Positions 41,419-50,653 of a DNA stretch of 64,000 nucleotides are shown one piece after another (position 1 is the stretch's first letter; each line of letters starts with the position of its first letter). Under the pieces are notes generated by a model. That model did no database searches. It saw only the letters and a program-made list of their open reading frames with translations, and was not told the DNA's origin. This DNA is from Bacteroidota bacterium (GTDB lineage Bacteria; Bacteroidota; Bacteroidia; JACCXN01). The position numbers and the translations under genes are program-made. The stretch is from NCBI GenBank assembly GCA_013696965.1, contig JACCXN010000035.1:14393-78392 (forward strand). The letters are read 5' to 3'.

Positions 41419-41434
41419 TTTAAAATTAAACAAA

Positions 41435-41905
41435 ATGAAACTATCTCAATTCAAAAAACATCTTGCCACTATTTCGGCTGTAAACTTTGTTCAGCCCAAC
41501 GGGACTTTTGTTCCCCGACACTTCCACGTCACCGAAGCGGGTTTAACAACCAAACATTTCATTGACTGCGGTGGGACAGTGAGAACTGAAAAGACCATTA
41601 ACTTTCAAGTTTGGGTTGCACAAGACTTTAATCACCGACTTGAACCTAACAAACTTCAAAAAATCATTTCATTATCTGAAAACCTTTTCGGCAACGAAGA
41701 CTTGGAAGTTGAAGTGGAATATCAAACGGAAACCATTGGCAGGTATGGCTTAGACACAAACGGAGAAAACTTTATGCTAACTGCAAAAGCAACCGACTGT
41801 TTGGCAAAAGACAACTGCGGAGTTCCCGAAGCAAAACATAAATTAGAATTATCAGAACTGCCAACCGAAAAATCCTGTTGCTCTCCTGGCGGAGGGTGCT
41901 GTTAA
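41435..41905 (+). CDS. DUF6428 protein of Bacteroidota ars operons
   Basis: HFHVTE, FIDCGGTVR, DCLAKDNCG, CCSPGGGCC. Confidence 0.85.
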   Translation: MKLSQFKKHLATISAVNFVQPNGTFVPRHFHVTEAGLTTKHFIDCGGTVRTEKTINFQVWVAQDFNHRLEPNKLQKIISLSENLFGNEDLEVEVEYQTETIGRYGLDTNGENFMLTAKATDCLAKDNCGVPEAKHKLELSELPTEKSCCSPGGGCC

Positions 41906-41908
41906 TAT

Positions 41909-42034
41909 ATGAAAGCGTTTATCATCAAATATAAAAAGCCAATCATCATCACAACTTCCATAACAGTTTTGCAACTCATTTTCGGCTTTGACCCAAAGTT
42001 TTGCATCATCAACATTGTTTGGCTGTTTGTATAA
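41909..42034 (+). CDS. 41-aa hydrophobic peptide
   Basis: Manual translation MKAFIIKYKKPIIITTSITVLQLIFGFDPKFCIINIVWLFV; fills the gap between two operon genes. Confidence 0.5.
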   Translation: MKAFIIKYKKPIIITTSITVLQLIFGFDPKFCIINIVWLFV

Positions 42035-42043
42035 AATTAAACT

Positions 42044-42473
42044 ATGACACAGACAAAAGTGTTATTTCTCTGCATACACAATTCGGCACGAAGCCAAATG
42101 GCAGAAGCGTATCTGAAAAAATTCGGTGGCGACAAGTTCTTAGTAGAAAGTGCAGGACTTGAAGCGGGTAAACTCAATCCACTAGCAGTAGAAGTTTTCG
42201 AAAGAGGACGGAATTGACATTTCAAACAACCAGACAAAAGACGTGTTCGACTTTTTCAAAGAAGGGCGACTGTATCAATATGTGGTGACCGTTTGCGATG
42301 AAGCAAGTGCAGCTCGTTGCCCAATCTTTCCCGGACTACACAAAAAAATTAATTGGAGTTTTGCAGACCCTTCCGCATTGACAGGCACACACGAAGAAAA
42401 ACTTGCAGCGACAAGAGTCGTTCGTGACAAAATTAAAAATGCGGTTCAGACTTTCATAAAAGAGTTAAATTAA
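42044..42473 (+). pseudogene. arsC: Arsenate reductase (LMW-PTP type) split by a +1 frameshift near 42199
   Basis: [16 protein letters not shown] in one frame, VTVCD..CPIFPG..WSFADP in another; removing one base from gaagttttcgaaagag restores [11 protein letters not shown]. Confidence 0.85.
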
Positions 42474-42742
42474 CCAGACAGAAAAAAGAGCTACTGCTAA
42501 CAGTAGTTAAAATTAACCAAACTTCTATTTTTTATTTTTCAAAAATTCGTTTTTGATTTTCCTCCTGTTTTCCAAATCTTGTTTTCCTATTTATTGTAAT
42601 TAATTGTAACCTTCTTGTGGAATAAAATCAGCATCTTTTTTATAAGATTCCATTTTTTAATAAAACCATTGAAGCAAAAGCATATAATTTAAGTTAGGCA
42701 AGAAATTTTCATTCTACATAATTCAAATAATACATTTTTAGA

Positions 42743-43006
42743 ATGGAAATATTAAGAACATCAAATTTATTATTTCTTACAGGCGAAGGCAAATCAGAAG
42801 TTTTTTCAGGTGTATATTATAATGGCACAATGTATTACGACTTTGCAAATGTGAAATTTATAAATAATTCTGGAATTGCAGATCTTATTGACCTGGTAAA
42901 GTTGTGGATGGAAATGGGAACAGATGTGAAATTTATTCATGTTAATGAAGAGATTCAAAAGAAATTTAAGGATTCTGGGCTCGATCAAATAATTTGTTGT
43001 GAATAA
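42743..43006 (+). CDS. STAS (anti-anti-sigma-like) domain protein
   Basis: DFANVKFINNSGIADL...HVNEEIQKKF..SGLD. Confidence 0.75.
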   Translation: MEILRTSNLLFLTGEGKSEVFSGVYYNGTMYYDFANVKFINNSGIADLIDLVKLWMEMGTDVKFIHVNEEIQKKFKDSGLDQIICCE

Positions 43007-43027
43007 TTTATCTGAACAATTCATATT

Positions 43028-44914
43028 TTGAAAACATACTATTTCAGCAGATTTGAAAATCGAAAACCTTACCCTGAAATTAAGAACAATAAATACAGGA
43101 CGTTTTTCTTTCAATTTTTTGCAATTCTAACAATAGGATTTGGTTTGACTTATTTGAATTGGAGATGGCAATACTCCCTTAATTATGATGCGCTTTGGTT
43201 TGCATTACCACTTGTTGTTGCCGAAACCTTGAGTTTTGTTGGTACTTGTCTTATTATTTATAATATGTGGTCAAACAAAGATCCAATAAAGCATGCTCCT
43301 GTTCATTTTTTATCTGAAATTGAAGACTTACATGGCCGTTTAGATAGACCTGTTAAAATTGATGTACATATAGCAACTTATAATGAGGAAGTTGAAATTG
43401 TCCGATACAGCATCAGAGATGCCAAAAATATGGTTTATCCTTTTGCTGATGTGCCTATTAACATTTATATACTTGATGATGGAAGACGTGATGGCAGGAA
43501 TGCTAATCAGGAAAACATGAAAAAAGTTGCAGAAGAGGAGGGGGCCGGATACATAATAAGAGATAATAATGAGGGTTATAAAGCAGGTAATTTAAAGAAT
43601 GGACTTGAAAAGACAAATGGAGATATTTTCGTTATTCTTGATGCTGATACACGTCCATTTCCTGATTTTTTGGTGAATACCATAGGATATTTCCGGAATA
43701 AAAAAGTTGCATGGGTACAAACCCCACAGTGGTTTTATGATACCACTCCTGGAAAAAATATTAGTACTGTACTTGCTCAAAAATTTGGAAAAACAGGAGC
43801 ATTTTTAGGCAAGGTGTCTGATAAATTATTTGGTAAAATTAAAACAGGAGAAGATATTTTTGGGAATGATCCTCGAATGTTTTATGATGTTTTACTTAGA
43901 AGAAGAAATAATTACAATGCTGCATTTTGTTGTGGTGCAGGTTCTATCCATAGACGAGAGGCAGTTATGAGCCTTGCCGTAAGCGGATATGGTGAGGAGG
44001 TAAATCAAGGGATTAAAAATGTTCTGAAAAAAAACAAAATTATTGCAAAACAGGAATACAGAGAACATAAAAAATCTTTAATTATAGAAAAACATCTTAT
44101 CCCTTTTAAGTTCCATGCTTCAGAGGATATTTATACCTCAATGATGTTGCATGCAGACCGTAAAAATGATTGGCAAAGTATTCAGCATCATAAGGTAGAA
44201 TGTAAAATGTTGTCTCCTCAGGATATCGATACAAGTGTGAAACAAAGAACCAGGTATGCTGCAGGGTCACTGGATATTGCTTTTAAAGATAATCCTTTAG
44301 TTTTTAAAGGATTAACGATTTGGCAACGATTGGCATATTTTTCTACAATTTGGTCATATATTTCTCCAACATGGATTATTGTTTTTTTATTGAGTCCCAT
44401 AGTGTTTTTTTTCACCCAAGCATTACCTGTAGCTGCCTATAGTTTTGATTTTTTTAAATTTTTTATACCTTTTCAAATTCTCAATACAATTTCTATGTCA
44501 ATTGCATGCTGGGGCATTAATAATTCCAGAGGCGATCAGTATTATATATCTTGTTTTTGGTTAATGTTACTTGCTTTATATTCAGCAATTCGTGGAGAAA
44601 ATGTGAAATTTAACGTAACCCCAAAAATAAGGCAAGGAGCAAATCAATATATAAAGCATATATGGCCTCATATTGCTATAATTTTGCTCACTTTGCTTGG
44701 CATTTTTTATAATGTATTTCTTTTGGGTATTGACGCTCATCCTACAGCTTCTGGCTTTGTTTCCAATGCTTTTTGGGGAATGTTTAATATCTACAATTTA
44801 AGCATAATGATAAGAGCGGCTTTTTGGACTGAAAAAGAAGCCGAATTGGAAAGCGGAACAATTTTAGAAAACAAAATTGAAAATTCAGTTGTTTCTAATG
44901 TCTCTATGGATTGA
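43028..44914 (+). CDS. Processive GT2 glycosyltransferase (cellulose synthase-like, no PilZ)
   Basis: IATYNE, LDDG, KAGNL, LDAD, QTPQ, FCCG, SEDI, QRTRY; N- and C-terminal TMs. Confidence 0.9.
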   Translation: MKTYYFSRFENRKPYPEIKNNKYRTFFFQFFAILTIGFGLTYLNWRWQYSLNYDALWFALPLVVAETLSFVGTCLIIYNMWSNKDPIKHAPVHFLSEIEDLHGRLDRPVKIDVHIATYNEEVEIVRYSIRDAKNMVYPFADVPINIYILDDGRRDGRNANQENMKKVAEEEGAGYIIRDNNEGYKAGNLKNGLEKTNGDIFVILDADTRPFPDFLVNTIGYFRNKKVAWVQTPQWFYDTTPGKNISTVLAQKFGKTGAFLGKVSDKLFGKIKTGEDIFGNDPRMFYDVLLRRRNNYNAAFCCGAGSIHRREAVMSLAVSGYGEEVNQGIKNVLKKNKIIAKQEYREHKKSLIIEKHLIPFKFHASEDIYTSMMLHADRKNDWQSIQHHKVECKMLSPQDIDTSVKQRTRYAAGSLDIAFKDNPLVFKGLTIWQRLAYFSTIWSYISPTWIIVFLLSPIVFFFTQALPVAAYSFDFFKFFIPFQILNTISMSIACWGINNSRGDQYYISCFWLMLLALYSAIRGENVKFNVTPKIRQGANQYIKHIWPHIAIILLTLLGIFYNVFLLGIDAHPTASGFVSNAFWGMFNIYNLSIMIRAAFWTEKEAELESGTILENKIENSVVSNVSMD

Positions 44915-44942
44915 TTTTGTTACTTAATTTAAAAATTATACT

Positions 44943-46292
44943 ATGTCTGGGGAAAGTCAGGAAAAGCAAAATCAGATGAAGTTCCTTTTTAAACCCTTGT
45001 TTTTTATTTTTGCACTACTTACTGTAACTTATATAGTTCTTTATGTAGAAAAATTGAAACCTTCCGATTTAAAGCCTTTCGGAGATTTATTTGTAAAGGA
45101 TGATGTAATACTTAAATCTCAAAGATATCCTATTAAATCTGCCTCTGGTTACCTTACCAGAGAAGAATTTATTTACGCGAATATTGCATGGAAATATTTT
45201 GAAAATAATTACGATCAAAAGACAGGTTTTGTAAATGGAAAAGATACCAGCTCAATATTTACTATTAAAGATCTTACCAGTTATTTGATGGGTATGTTCT
45301 GCGCCCTTGAAATTGGAATTGTGGATTCAACAGAAGTGGATAGTAGGATGAATAAACTGTTTATATCTCTTGATAAAATACCACTTTATGAAAATAAACT
45401 TCCAAATAAAAAATATAACACAGGATCATTAAAAATGCTTGATGAAAATGGAAATACCTCTGAAAATGGATTTGGTTGGTCGGCTCTTGATATAGGAAGG
45501 TTTTTTAATTTTGTAAATAAAGTAAATCTACAATATCCACAATACCAGCCAAAAATCAGAAAAATTATTAAACGGTGGAAAATGCATGAAATGATTGAAA
45601 ATGGAAACCTTAAAGGAATGGTTTTCCAGAGCAACAAAAGAAAATATAAATTAATCCAGGAGGGTCGCTTAGGATATGAGGAGTATTGTGGCAAAGCTTT
45701 ATATAAATCAGGCTTTGATGTTACCGAAGCCATTAGCTACAGGGACTTTATAAAGTTCATTGACATTTATGGATACAGGATAGCAGCAGACACCAGGGAA
45801 GTAAGAAAAAAAAATTCACACAACTATGTACTTAGTGATCCCTATTATTTAGATGGATTAGAAAACGGCTGGGACATAAATTCCCGGGAACTTGCATTTA
45901 GGGTTTTTATGGTGCAAAAAGCAAGATATATTGATACAGGAATTTTAACAGCAACAGGAGAAGATTATACAGATAATACTGCTAATTATGTTTATAACTC
46001 TATTTATGCGGATTTTAGAACCTGGACCTGCTATGATGAAATGGGTAAGAAAAGGAACGATTTAAAAATGCTTAGCACAAAAACTTCTTTTGCATGGTAT
46101 GTTTTATATGAGGATGAATATGCAAATTTATTGTTTAACAATGTTAAGGATTTATATGATCCTCAGAGAGGATGGTATTCGGGAAGGTACGAAGTTTCGG
46201 GAAAAATAAACAAATCCATTTCTGCTTCTACCAATGCAATAGTATTGGAAGCATTAAATTATAAAATGAACGGAACTATTATTCAGTTTTAA
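44943..46292 (+). CDS. DUF3131 domain protein (membrane-anchored, glycoside-hydrolase-like)
   Basis: AWKYFENNY..TGFVN, LPNK.YNT, GWSALDIGR, EGRLGYEEY, STK.SF, GWYSGRYE, TNAIVLEAL.Y. Confidence 0.8.
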   Translation: MSGESQEKQNQMKFLFKPLFFIFALLTVTYIVLYVEKLKPSDLKPFGDLFVKDDVILKSQRYPIKSASGYLTREEFIYANIAWKYFENNYDQKTGFVNGKDTSSIFTIKDLTSYLMGMFCALEIGIVDSTEVDSRMNKLFISLDKIPLYENKLPNKKYNTGSLKMLDENGNTSENGFGWSALDIGRFFNFVNKVNLQYPQYQPKIRKIIKRWKMHEMIENGNLKGMVFQSNKRKYKLIQEGRLGYEEYCGKALYKSGFDVTEAISYRDFIKFIDIYGYRIAADTREVRKKNSHNYVLSDPYYLDGLENGWDINSRELAFRVFMVQKARYIDTGILTATGEDYTDNTANYVYNSIYADFRTWTCYDEMGKKRNDLKMLSTKTSFAWYVLYEDEYANLLFNNVKDLYDPQRGWYSGRYEVSGKINKSISASTNAIVLEALNYKMNGTIIQF

Positions 46293-46418
46293 ATAAAAGT
46301 AAATGTTTTTGCACATTTTGTGCAAAGGCTTTCTCAAATGTAATTTAATTCAAGCATTTTTTATTTGAAAAAAAATGGCCGGATTTTTCATTCTCTTATT
46401 GAGATCAATGAAAACACA

Positions 46419-46775
46419 ATGAAAAAAAGCCTGATTATTTTCACTATACTTATCCCATTAATTGTAATGGTAATTGCATTTAATTGTAGAAATAAAAAAC
46501 CTGATTCGATCAAGAATATAAATCCATTTAAATATGCTGCTCTAAGTGTAGAAACCTTTCATATAAAGGATAAAGGATGGGGATTTGATATTTATGTAAA
46601 TGGCAAAGCATTTATTCATCATGAAAAACCCCAGTTAAGTTCTCTTGAGGGATATGCAAATGAACAAGATGCTGTAAAAGTTTCAAAACTTGTAATAAGC
46701 AAAATCAGATCAAACAAGTTACCACCTGTTATTTCCTTTTATGAATTAGATAGTTTAGACATTAGGTATAAATAA
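46419..46775 (+). CDS. DUF4907-like protein
   Basis: Signal peptide, GWGFDIYVNGK..IH, DA.KV..LVI.KI...PP; start at MKKSLII (46419). Confidence 0.7.
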   Translation: MKKSLIIFTILIPLIVMVIAFNCRNKKPDSIKNINPFKYAALSVETFHIKDKGWGFDIYVNGKAFIHHEKPQLSSLEGYANEQDAVKVSKLVISKIRSNKLPPVISFYELDSLDIRYK

Positions 46776-46952
46776 AGAATAAAACAAAGAAATATAAAGG
46801 GTTAGGAATAAGTATTTTCTATAGCTGTTGCTAGTATACTAATAATTTGAAGATAATTGCAATAATTGAATTTAGGATGAACTAATGAAAGAGGAATTTA
46901 CTAACAATGTCCCAACGATATTTTTTTTTAAAAAAAATTTAATTCGAACTAT

Positions 46953-47363
46953 CTATTTAAAATTTTCTGTCTTAATATCATGCCTAGCAATTTTATAGTT
47001 GCCATCTTCCTTAATAATGGAAAATTTTTCAATTGAAGTGACTCTTGCATACTTAATTTTATAAGTAAGGTTCAATTTAACCTGTTCGGCAAATTCAGCT
47101 GTTTGTTCCGCTTCAATTAGCTCATAGGATTTTAAAATCCCCATTGCATTTCTTAGCATTTTTAATTTTTCGGTTCTATCTTCTAATGATTCACCCGAAT
47201 TTAAAGAAACAGTGTATAAATTCGAAACATTTTCATATTCTTCTAATTTAATAAAATTAATAAGAGTTTCAACGGCCTGTTCAGCCTTGGGTTGATCTAT
47301 ATTTTCTGTTTCACAAGCAACAATTGAAAAGGCAATTAAAATAACAACAAGTAATTTTTTCAT
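46953..47363 (-). CDS. Hypothetical lipoprotein
   Basis: Lipobox IVAC, 136 aa. Confidence 0.7.
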   Translation of the reverse strand: MKKLLVVILIAFSIVACETENIDQPKAEQAVETLINFIKLEEYENVSNLYTVSLNSGESLEDRTEKLKMLRNAMGILKSYELIEAEQTAEFAEQVKLNLTYKIKYARVTSIEKFSIIKEDGNYKIARHDIKTENFK

Positions 47364-47464
47364 AGGAACAAGAGTTGAATATGTTAGATAAAATGTAATT
47401 AATCTGAATTTAATAAAAAATTATTAAACTTTAATGAACCAATTACACGCAATGTATTTTAAAT

Positions 47465-47803
47465 CTAATCCTGGTTCTGTTTTAGAATAATGTTTTCTTC
47501 CTGGGAATGTTTTCTATCCAATAAAAATGGACCGAATGGAACCAGAGAAGCCAAAACAGCTAAAATTCCTTTTAACAAAGACCATTTATTAGCAAAAAAA
47601 ACATGGGTTAAAGCAGCAAGATACAAAACGAACAAAATTCCATGAATCCATCCCGTATACTTTACTGCTAAAGGTATATCAGCATAATATTTTAGGGGCA
47701 TGGCAATAAAAAGGAGCAGCAGAAAGGAGATACCCTCCAGTAGGGCAATCAAACGAAACCTGCCAATTGAAGTATTTGAAAATTCAAATTTCATGCATTC
47801 CAT
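47465..47803 (-). CDS. DUF3817 membrane protein
   Basis: FRLIALLEGISFLLLL.IAMPLKY, HGILF, ASLVPFGPF. Confidence 0.88.
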   Translation of the reverse strand: MECMKFEFSNTSIGRFRLIALLEGISFLLLLFIAMPLKYYADIPLAVKYTGWIHGILFVLYLAALTHVFFANKWSLLKGILAVLASLVPFGPFLLDRKHSQEENIILKQNQD

Positions 47804-48077
47804 ATTTTTACTTTTATTTATAACTAATAGGTATTTAAAATAGAAGATTCTATTTTAAATTACCATTAATTAAAGAGGATTGTGTAAAGTTAATGTTTTT
47901 AGAAAGGAAACGAAAAAACCGAAAATGTATTTAAAGAGAAATTAAAGCATTTCTTGGGCTGTCACCTTAACTTATAATAGAGTTGAGAATTGAGTTTGTT
48001 ATATTTTTCCTTCTTTAAACCTTTTTGATAAAGGGTTTATCCAACCAATTTTAAATATTTCACTTTTCTTTTGCTAT

Positions 48078-48287
48078 TCATTTGGGTAAGTCATCTGACT
48101 TTGTTTTGCCCATCTCCTTTGTTTTCAGCGTAATAATCTTATCCTCTTTTCTGTTTTTTTCTGTTTTTATAACAGAATTTTCAATGGATCCGATTTTACC
48201 TATGTAGTTTTCCTTTTTCATTATTACAGCAGTTGTAATAAAAAGTACTATTAAAATGAATCCTAGAATTAAAATAATTGCTTCCAT
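48078..48287 (-). CDS. Small single-TM hypothetical protein
   Basis: MEAIILILGFILIVLFITTAVI then a K-rich tail. Confidence 0.5.
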   Translation of the reverse strand: MEAIILILGFILIVLFITTAVIMKKENYIGKIGSIENSVIKTEKNRKEDKIITLKTKEMGKTKSDDLPK

Positions 48288-48428
48288 GGATAAATTTATT
48301 TGTGCTATTTCACCTGAAATTTTAGAATAACTTTTGTCCTGATATATAAACATCCGATTGATTTTAAGTTGAATAGCTAATGTGTATTTTTAATTTACAG
48401 GATACTAATAAGGTTAATGAAGGATAGT

Positions 48429-48632
48429 TTAAAATAATTTGTCAAATATACTTTTGCCAACAGTAATCTTGAATTTTTCCCCTGAAATGTTATATTTTGA
48501 TCGCAACTTATTTGTAAAAATTGAAAAATCAGAGATAATATCCTTCAGAATTAGTTCGTCTAATTGACCATCGTAATTTTCGATTTCAAATCTGATTAAT
48601 TTTTTAAAGGAGTGATTATTTTCCTTATCCAT
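48429..48632 (-). CDS. Small hypothetical protein (67 aa)
   Basis: ATG preceded by an A-rich leader; protein-like composition. Confidence 0.45.
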   Translation of the reverse strand: MDKENNHSFKKLIRFEIENYDGQLDELILKDIISDFSIFTNKLRSKYNISGEKFKITVGKSIFDKLF

Positions 48633-48724
48633 AATTGCATTTTTTTTAATTGTTGTTACAAATTCAGTACTAAAAACAAAAATTCATATTAAATGCTTGT
48701 TTTGGAAGGCCAAAGAGTTCTAAT

Positions 48725-48763
48725 GGTGGAAAAATATCCGCAAGTAGTGGAATTTATTCCGCA
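48725..48763. promoter_or_regulatory. Paired 18-bp sites between divergent genes
   Basis: ggtggaa-aaat-atccgca and agtggaa-ttta-ttccgca, 21 bp apart. Confidence 0.6.
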
Positions 48764-49004
48764 CAAATTTTAACTCTTGAATTTTCTATTTCTACTTAAA
48801 ATGAAATTTAATCATCACTAAATCAATTTATTAGCGATAATTGCAAGGTTTTTATTACATGGGAATGGATATTGACCTTCCCTATTTTGAATTGCTAAAC
48901 CTCATATTGCAAAAATCATCAAGGTTTTTACGTCTAAAAAAAAACTGAGTAATGGTTTTTTAAGCAATTTGTATTAATACGGAAGCAATAAATAAATAGG
49001 ACTA

Positions 49005-50435
49005 ATGAAAACTAAGAAAAATAAGCTTACTGATTCTTTTCAGTTGCTAAATCCAACTGAGCGCCTAATAAATAAGAAAAAGGCAGAAATGATGGGAAAG
49101 GCCAATAGAGGCAATCTGGATATGCTTATCCATGAATTGCATGTATATCAAGTTGAACTTGAAATTCAGAATGAGGAATTGAAAAGGGCAAAAAAAGAGA
49201 TCGAAATTTCTAGAAATAAATATGCCGATTTATATGATTTTTCTCCTATTGGATATTTTACTTTTGATCAGGAAGGGTTTATTCAGGAGGTAAATTTGGC
49301 TGCCAGTAAAATTCTTAGAATAAACAGAGATTTTTTAATTCATAAAATGTTTCACATTTACATTGTTCCTGAATTTTGGGATGATTTCAATGATTTTTTA
49401 AAAGAAACCATGCAAAGTGATGTAAAGCAGACTTGTGAAATCCAGATGCTAAATAAAGATGGTGAGGTTTTCCATGCTCAATTAGAAGGAATTAAAATTA
49501 GTGGAAATGGAAATAATCCCGATTGCTTCAGGGCTGCACTTATCGATATTACGGATAGAAAAATAGCTGAGAAAGCATTGAAAAAAAACACCCATGAATT
49601 GCTATTTAATAAAAAACTACTTGAACGAAAATCCCTTGAACTTGCTCAGGTATTTATTCAACTCGCAAAGTCTGAAAGGGATTTAAGGGAATTGAATGTT
49701 AACAAGGATAAGTTTTTTGCAATCATAGCCCATGATTTAAGAAATCCCTTCTCAGTTATGCTTGGTCTAACAAATATCCTTGTCAATGATTATGAACAAA
49801 TGGATAAAAGGCAGGTATTAGAGATTCATCAAAAATTAGATTTAACAGTAAACAGAGTTTATTCATTGTTGAATAATTTATTAAAATGGTCAGTTATTCA
49901 GTTTGGAAAAATAGATTATAAGCCAGAAGAAATAAATCTTAATGAATTAATAGTAGAAAGTTTAAAATTACTGCAACATTATGCTGAGAACAAGCAAATA
50001 ACAGTTAAAACCACGGTTGATGAAAATATTGCTGTAGTCGCAGATAAGAATATGTTGGAATCCGTGATTCAAAATTTAATAACAAATGCCATAAAATTCA
50101 CAGCCATTGGAGGTGACGTTCGAATTGAGGCAACTGAGAAAGAAAAATTCACTAAAATAAGTGTTTTGGATACAGGGGAGGGCCTGGATAAAAAAACCTT
50201 AATTAATTTATTTAGAATAGATAAGAAAAACAGTACCAATGGCACTTCAAATGAATCAGGTACAGGTTTAGGTTTGATTTTATGCAAAGAGCTAATAGAA
50301 ATACAGGGTGGAAAGATTTGGGCAGAAAGTGAACCAGGAAAGGGTGGAAAGTTTTCTTTCACATTGCCCAAGAGTGATGAAATACCCAAAATAACTAAGG
50401 AGTTAAAGGCTAAAATAAACAAAAAAACAATTTGA
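49005..50435 (+). CDS. Cytoplasmic PAS sensor histidine kinase
   Basis: ELEIQNEEL coil, PAS, IAHDLRNP H-box, NLITNAIKF, DTGEG, GTGLGL. Confidence 0.95.
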   Translation: MKTKKNKLTDSFQLLNPTERLINKKKAEMMGKANRGNLDMLIHELHVYQVELEIQNEELKRAKKEIEISRNKYADLYDFSPIGYFTFDQEGFIQEVNLAASKILRINRDFLIHKMFHIYIVPEFWDDFNDFLKETMQSDVKQTCEIQMLNKDGEVFHAQLEGIKISGNGNNPDCFRAALIDITDRKIAEKALKKNTHELLFNKKLLERKSLELAQVFIQLAKSERDLRELNVNKDKFFAIIAHDLRNPFSVMLGLTNILVNDYEQMDKRQVLEIHQKLDLTVNRVYSLLNNLLKWSVIQFGKIDYKPEEINLNELIVESLKLLQHYAENKQITVKTTVDENIAVVADKNMLESVIQNLITNAIKFTAIGGDVRIEATEKEKFTKISVLDTGEGLDKKTLINLFRIDKKNSTNGTSNESGTGLGLILCKELIEIQGGKIWAESEPGKGGKFSFTLPKSDEIPKITKELKAKINKKTI

Positions 50436-50653
50436 AAAAGACATAAATTTTACTTAGTTGTTTTCCCCACATTGTTCTTATTTTACACATCTTGAGGAGT
50501 TTTTTTCCCATAAAATGCAGGCATTGATTCTTTGTTTAAATGCATTTGAAAAATGTAACTTCTTATTTGATAGAATCTTAAAAATTAGTTTAAAGGATAG
50601 TTTAAAAAGGCATAGTATTGTAATAAAAAAGAACTTAATCTAGAAAAACATTA

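Larger units (their letters stand above)
40965..42506 (+). mobile_element. Cassette-like ars insert with attC-like ends
   Basis: Starts cttagggcaacccgaaacgac, ends gagctactgctaacag; visibly more C/G-ending codons than its flanks. Confidence 0.45.
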
